Assembly (NCBI GenBank): GCA_037447605.1
Contig: CM074804.1
Span: forward strand, 4,255,909 to 4,319,908
DNA: 64,000 bases
Direction of reading: 5' to 3'
Origin: Zygnema circumcarinatum SAG 698-1b
Taxonomy: Eukaryota > Plantae > Zygnematophyceae
The notes under the pieces were generated by a model. The model saw only the letters and a list, made by a program, of their open reading frames with translations. It was not told the DNA's origin and searched no databases. The position numbers and the translations under genes are program-made. This document shows positions 61,603 through 64,000 of the stretch, one piece after another. Position 1 is the first letter of the stretch. Every line of letters begins with the position of its first letter.

Positions 61603-63059
61603 TTTCTTCTGTGGGTAATTGATGGCAGATCAGGATGAGTACTGTACGGAATTGGGATGAACAGTGGTGGAATAGGGATCATCCATCAGATGACGCGGCA
61701 GGAGGCATGGAGCAGAGTCACAAAAGTTGAGCGCAGCGGAAGACTTCACAGAGAAAACTGCTCTCGGGTTCCATCTCGCATCCACAGAAAATCCTGAGCA
61801 AGCTTGCATTCATACACATTCCATGAGCAAAGAACAGGGAGGAAAACTATGTGGCACTGATCTCACGATGATAGAGAATTCAAAGTAGTGATTACATATC
61901 TCTGTCACCCGTCACAGTGTACATCGTGGCAGAGTGAGACCCGCGGAGGCGGCCCCGCCCGCGGTCGATGCAATCGTTGGTTCCGGTCTCCTCCTCTTCC
62001 TCCTCTCAAATTCTCTTCCTTTCAAGATTCTCAAGATTTTCCTTCAATCTTTTTCGAAACCTTGTTTGAGGTCGCTGTACGGCGCCGCCGCCTCCGTTGG
62101 GCCGCCCGCGCTCGGATAAGAAAAGCTTGTAATATTGTAAAAAAAGAAGAGATTAAATCAAAAAGATCTATTTTTCCTTATGGAAAGCTAATCTTTTTAA
62201 TATAAACACTCACGAGAATACAATCCTGCCCTTGACTTGCCTCCAGTAAAAGTTCTTATCACTAAAGATCCAATCTTTTCTTTAGGTCCCGTTATTCGTT
62301 CCAATTTATCTCGCGCTTCAGATCCGCGGCGGTGCCCCAGGCCGATCTGGAGCGCGAGTTGCGCCGGGACATGCTGCGACTTTCGAAGACTTGGTGATCA
62401 GAGTTCGAACCCTCCACTTGGCACAAGTACAAACGAACCTCGAACATGGAAATGTCGTTAGTACTCAAATTTCCAACGAACCTTCGTCACGCTACAACCT
62501 GTTCAGTTTCATGGCATGGTACGGTATACGGTGCGGTATCAGGCTTGAACACTCCTTGACTGCCGTCGAAGGCCGCCTTCCGAGCAGGAATCGTCAAATA
62601 CGGACTATTTTCTGGACCATTTTGAGTCTTCTTTTCAGGATTTTCGGGACTTTTGGTCATTGATTGACTGGCGAGTTGCTGCTTGAAGCATTGGTGAAGT
62701 TCATGGATTCTTTATGCAGCCACACTTTATGGCGAGAAAAATTAGGGGGTATGTCCACTGATGGAGATAGTGATGATGTGATGACATTCGACAGCTGAAT
62801 AGTACCACGTCTGTTGTGCAGAAATAGTACGAAAAGGTACAGTACCCCCCCCCCCCTCCCGTAATATTTTCCACCCTAGTTTACTTGCGTTACCCAAGAA
62901 ATTCGCCCTGATTTTGAGGAAACCACTTTTAGCGTTAGTGTTAGTGTATGATAGTTAGACATTGTATGGCACACACTAACTTGTTGTGGAACTCAGTTTG
63001 TTGGCATTAAGATCTGCTAGGCGTAGTGCTCTTAGATTTAGGAATGTCGGTGCTCTGAC

Positions 63060-63570
63060 TCAGGTGAGTGCGCCGCGAGTGCGCGGAGTACGAACGAGCG
63101 GCGCTGATTGGACGCGGCGCTGACACATGTGCGCGGAGAACGGACGCGCAACTTTGATTGGTCGAGGCGCGGCCGCGGATTCGCGAAGTACGGACGCGCG
63201 CGACTCTAATTGGTCGCGGCGCGGGCGCGAAACGCGGAGCGCAAAGTTGCGGCGCGGACACGACATGGAATATAGTTGGCGGCGAACCGGAATGCGCCAC
63301 GTGGACCACTCGCAATGTGGGTCCGCGAGTTCGAGTGTACGGCCGAGGTGTCGGCGGGCGAAGACTGGGAAGGAGCGCTGGCGAAACGGCGAAACTATAC
63401 GGACGGATGTACGATCCGACAAGAACTAGGTCGGCGCCGCCGTAGGTTTACGAGGCAGCTAGCTGGTCGCTATTCCTGAGTGCGCCCACTCAGACTTAGT
63501 GCATGGGTTTGCAATGGCGGACGCGACGTGACAGGTGTGTCACGTCACAGACGCCATATTATATAGTGCT
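63060..63570 (+). promoter_or_regulatory. CpG-rich promoter-like island with three ~51-bp-spaced reverse CCAAT units, a GACGTGACA dyad and a TATA-like box
   Basis: GATTGGACGCGGCGC (~63106), GATTGGTCGAGGCGC (~63156) and AATTGGTCGCGGCGC (~63208). Dyad GACGTGACA-GGTG-TGTCACGTC at ~63525-63546 and TATTATATAG at ~63557. Confidence 0.45.
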
Positions 63571-64000
63571 TAGTTCTACTATGGGAAACAACCCACCCAC
63601 ACTACTCTGTCATAGTCTCGGGTCTTATTCAGAGCCTGCTCGTGCTGCTAGGCTGCCTACACTTTGTGTCGTGAGGTAGTGAGTAAGAGGGACCTTGAAG
63701 TGGTAGGAGAACTTCATTGTGGGAAGACAGTTTTATTATAAGGAGTTTTAGAGCCGCGAGCTTTCTCCTAACACTCTCTCTTTGTGATTTCCGCTGTGCT
63801 TGTCTTGAAGCTTCATTCTGTTGTTATGGGCGATGAGTGAAGTAAGATAGAGCTTTGAGAGTTGAATGTCTTCATCGGTGGGAACTCAAGTTCCAATGGA
63901 GGGCGACACTCGAGGTGGCGCTGAAAGCGGGGAGCAGACCCCTGCTTCAACATTTAGTACGGGAAGTCTGTGTTAATGTATTAGGGTGTTAACCTAACCT

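Noticed and set aside
62836-62862. Minus-strand G-run followed by TAC-TGT resembling a polypurine tract/LTR junction
   Set aside because: No second LTR, PBS or gag/pol remnant is visible, and poly-C/G runs are common elsewhere in this window.
63820-64000. Possible snoRNA, RNase P/MRP or telomerase RNA motifs (GATGA..CTGA, GGGAAGTCTG, AACCTAACCT)
   Set aside because: Only short generic matches. There is no properly spaced USE-TATA promoter or supporting structure, and the sequence is truncated by the window edge.

Overview
Intron-rich eukaryotic nuclear DNA. The plant-type GBPL, DUF4057, PAT17-like DHHC, MUTYH and TEX10 proteins point to a green-lineage organism, probably a streptophyte alga or early-diverging plant (inference). 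I reconstructed ten spliced genes by eye from splice phases. (1) A giant (>2500 aa, 3'-truncated) minus-strand surface-type protein with an IPT/TIG-like domain, an RRLL motif, about 17-19 filamin-type Ig repeats and the start of a PKD/REJ-associated region. (2) A GBPL3-like guanylate-binding protein. (3) A bacterial-type M20D amidohydrolase with a transit-peptide-like N-terminus. (4) An Arc1p/AIMP1-like tRNA-binding protein. (5) A DUF4057 protein. (6) MUTYH. (7) TEX10/IPI1. (8) An orphan coiled-coil gene. (9) A DHHC S-acyltransferase. (10) A fucosyltransferase-superfamily type II membrane protein. Genes 2-10 alternate strand strictly, forming four compact head-to-head pairs. Several of the shared promoters are GC/CpG-rich islands carrying GTAC clusters, MSA/CHR-like motifs and simple repeats. 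The last ~5.5 kb has no credible gene but holds a MITE with perfect 26-bp TIRs, decayed relatives of it, a CCATTGG dyad array and an orphan promoter-like island. Most short ORFs in the supplied track are antisense or repeat-derived artefacts. No tRNA, rRNA or CRISPR array is supported. Family assignments come from motif recognition, not database searches, and exon coordinates marked ~ are approximate.
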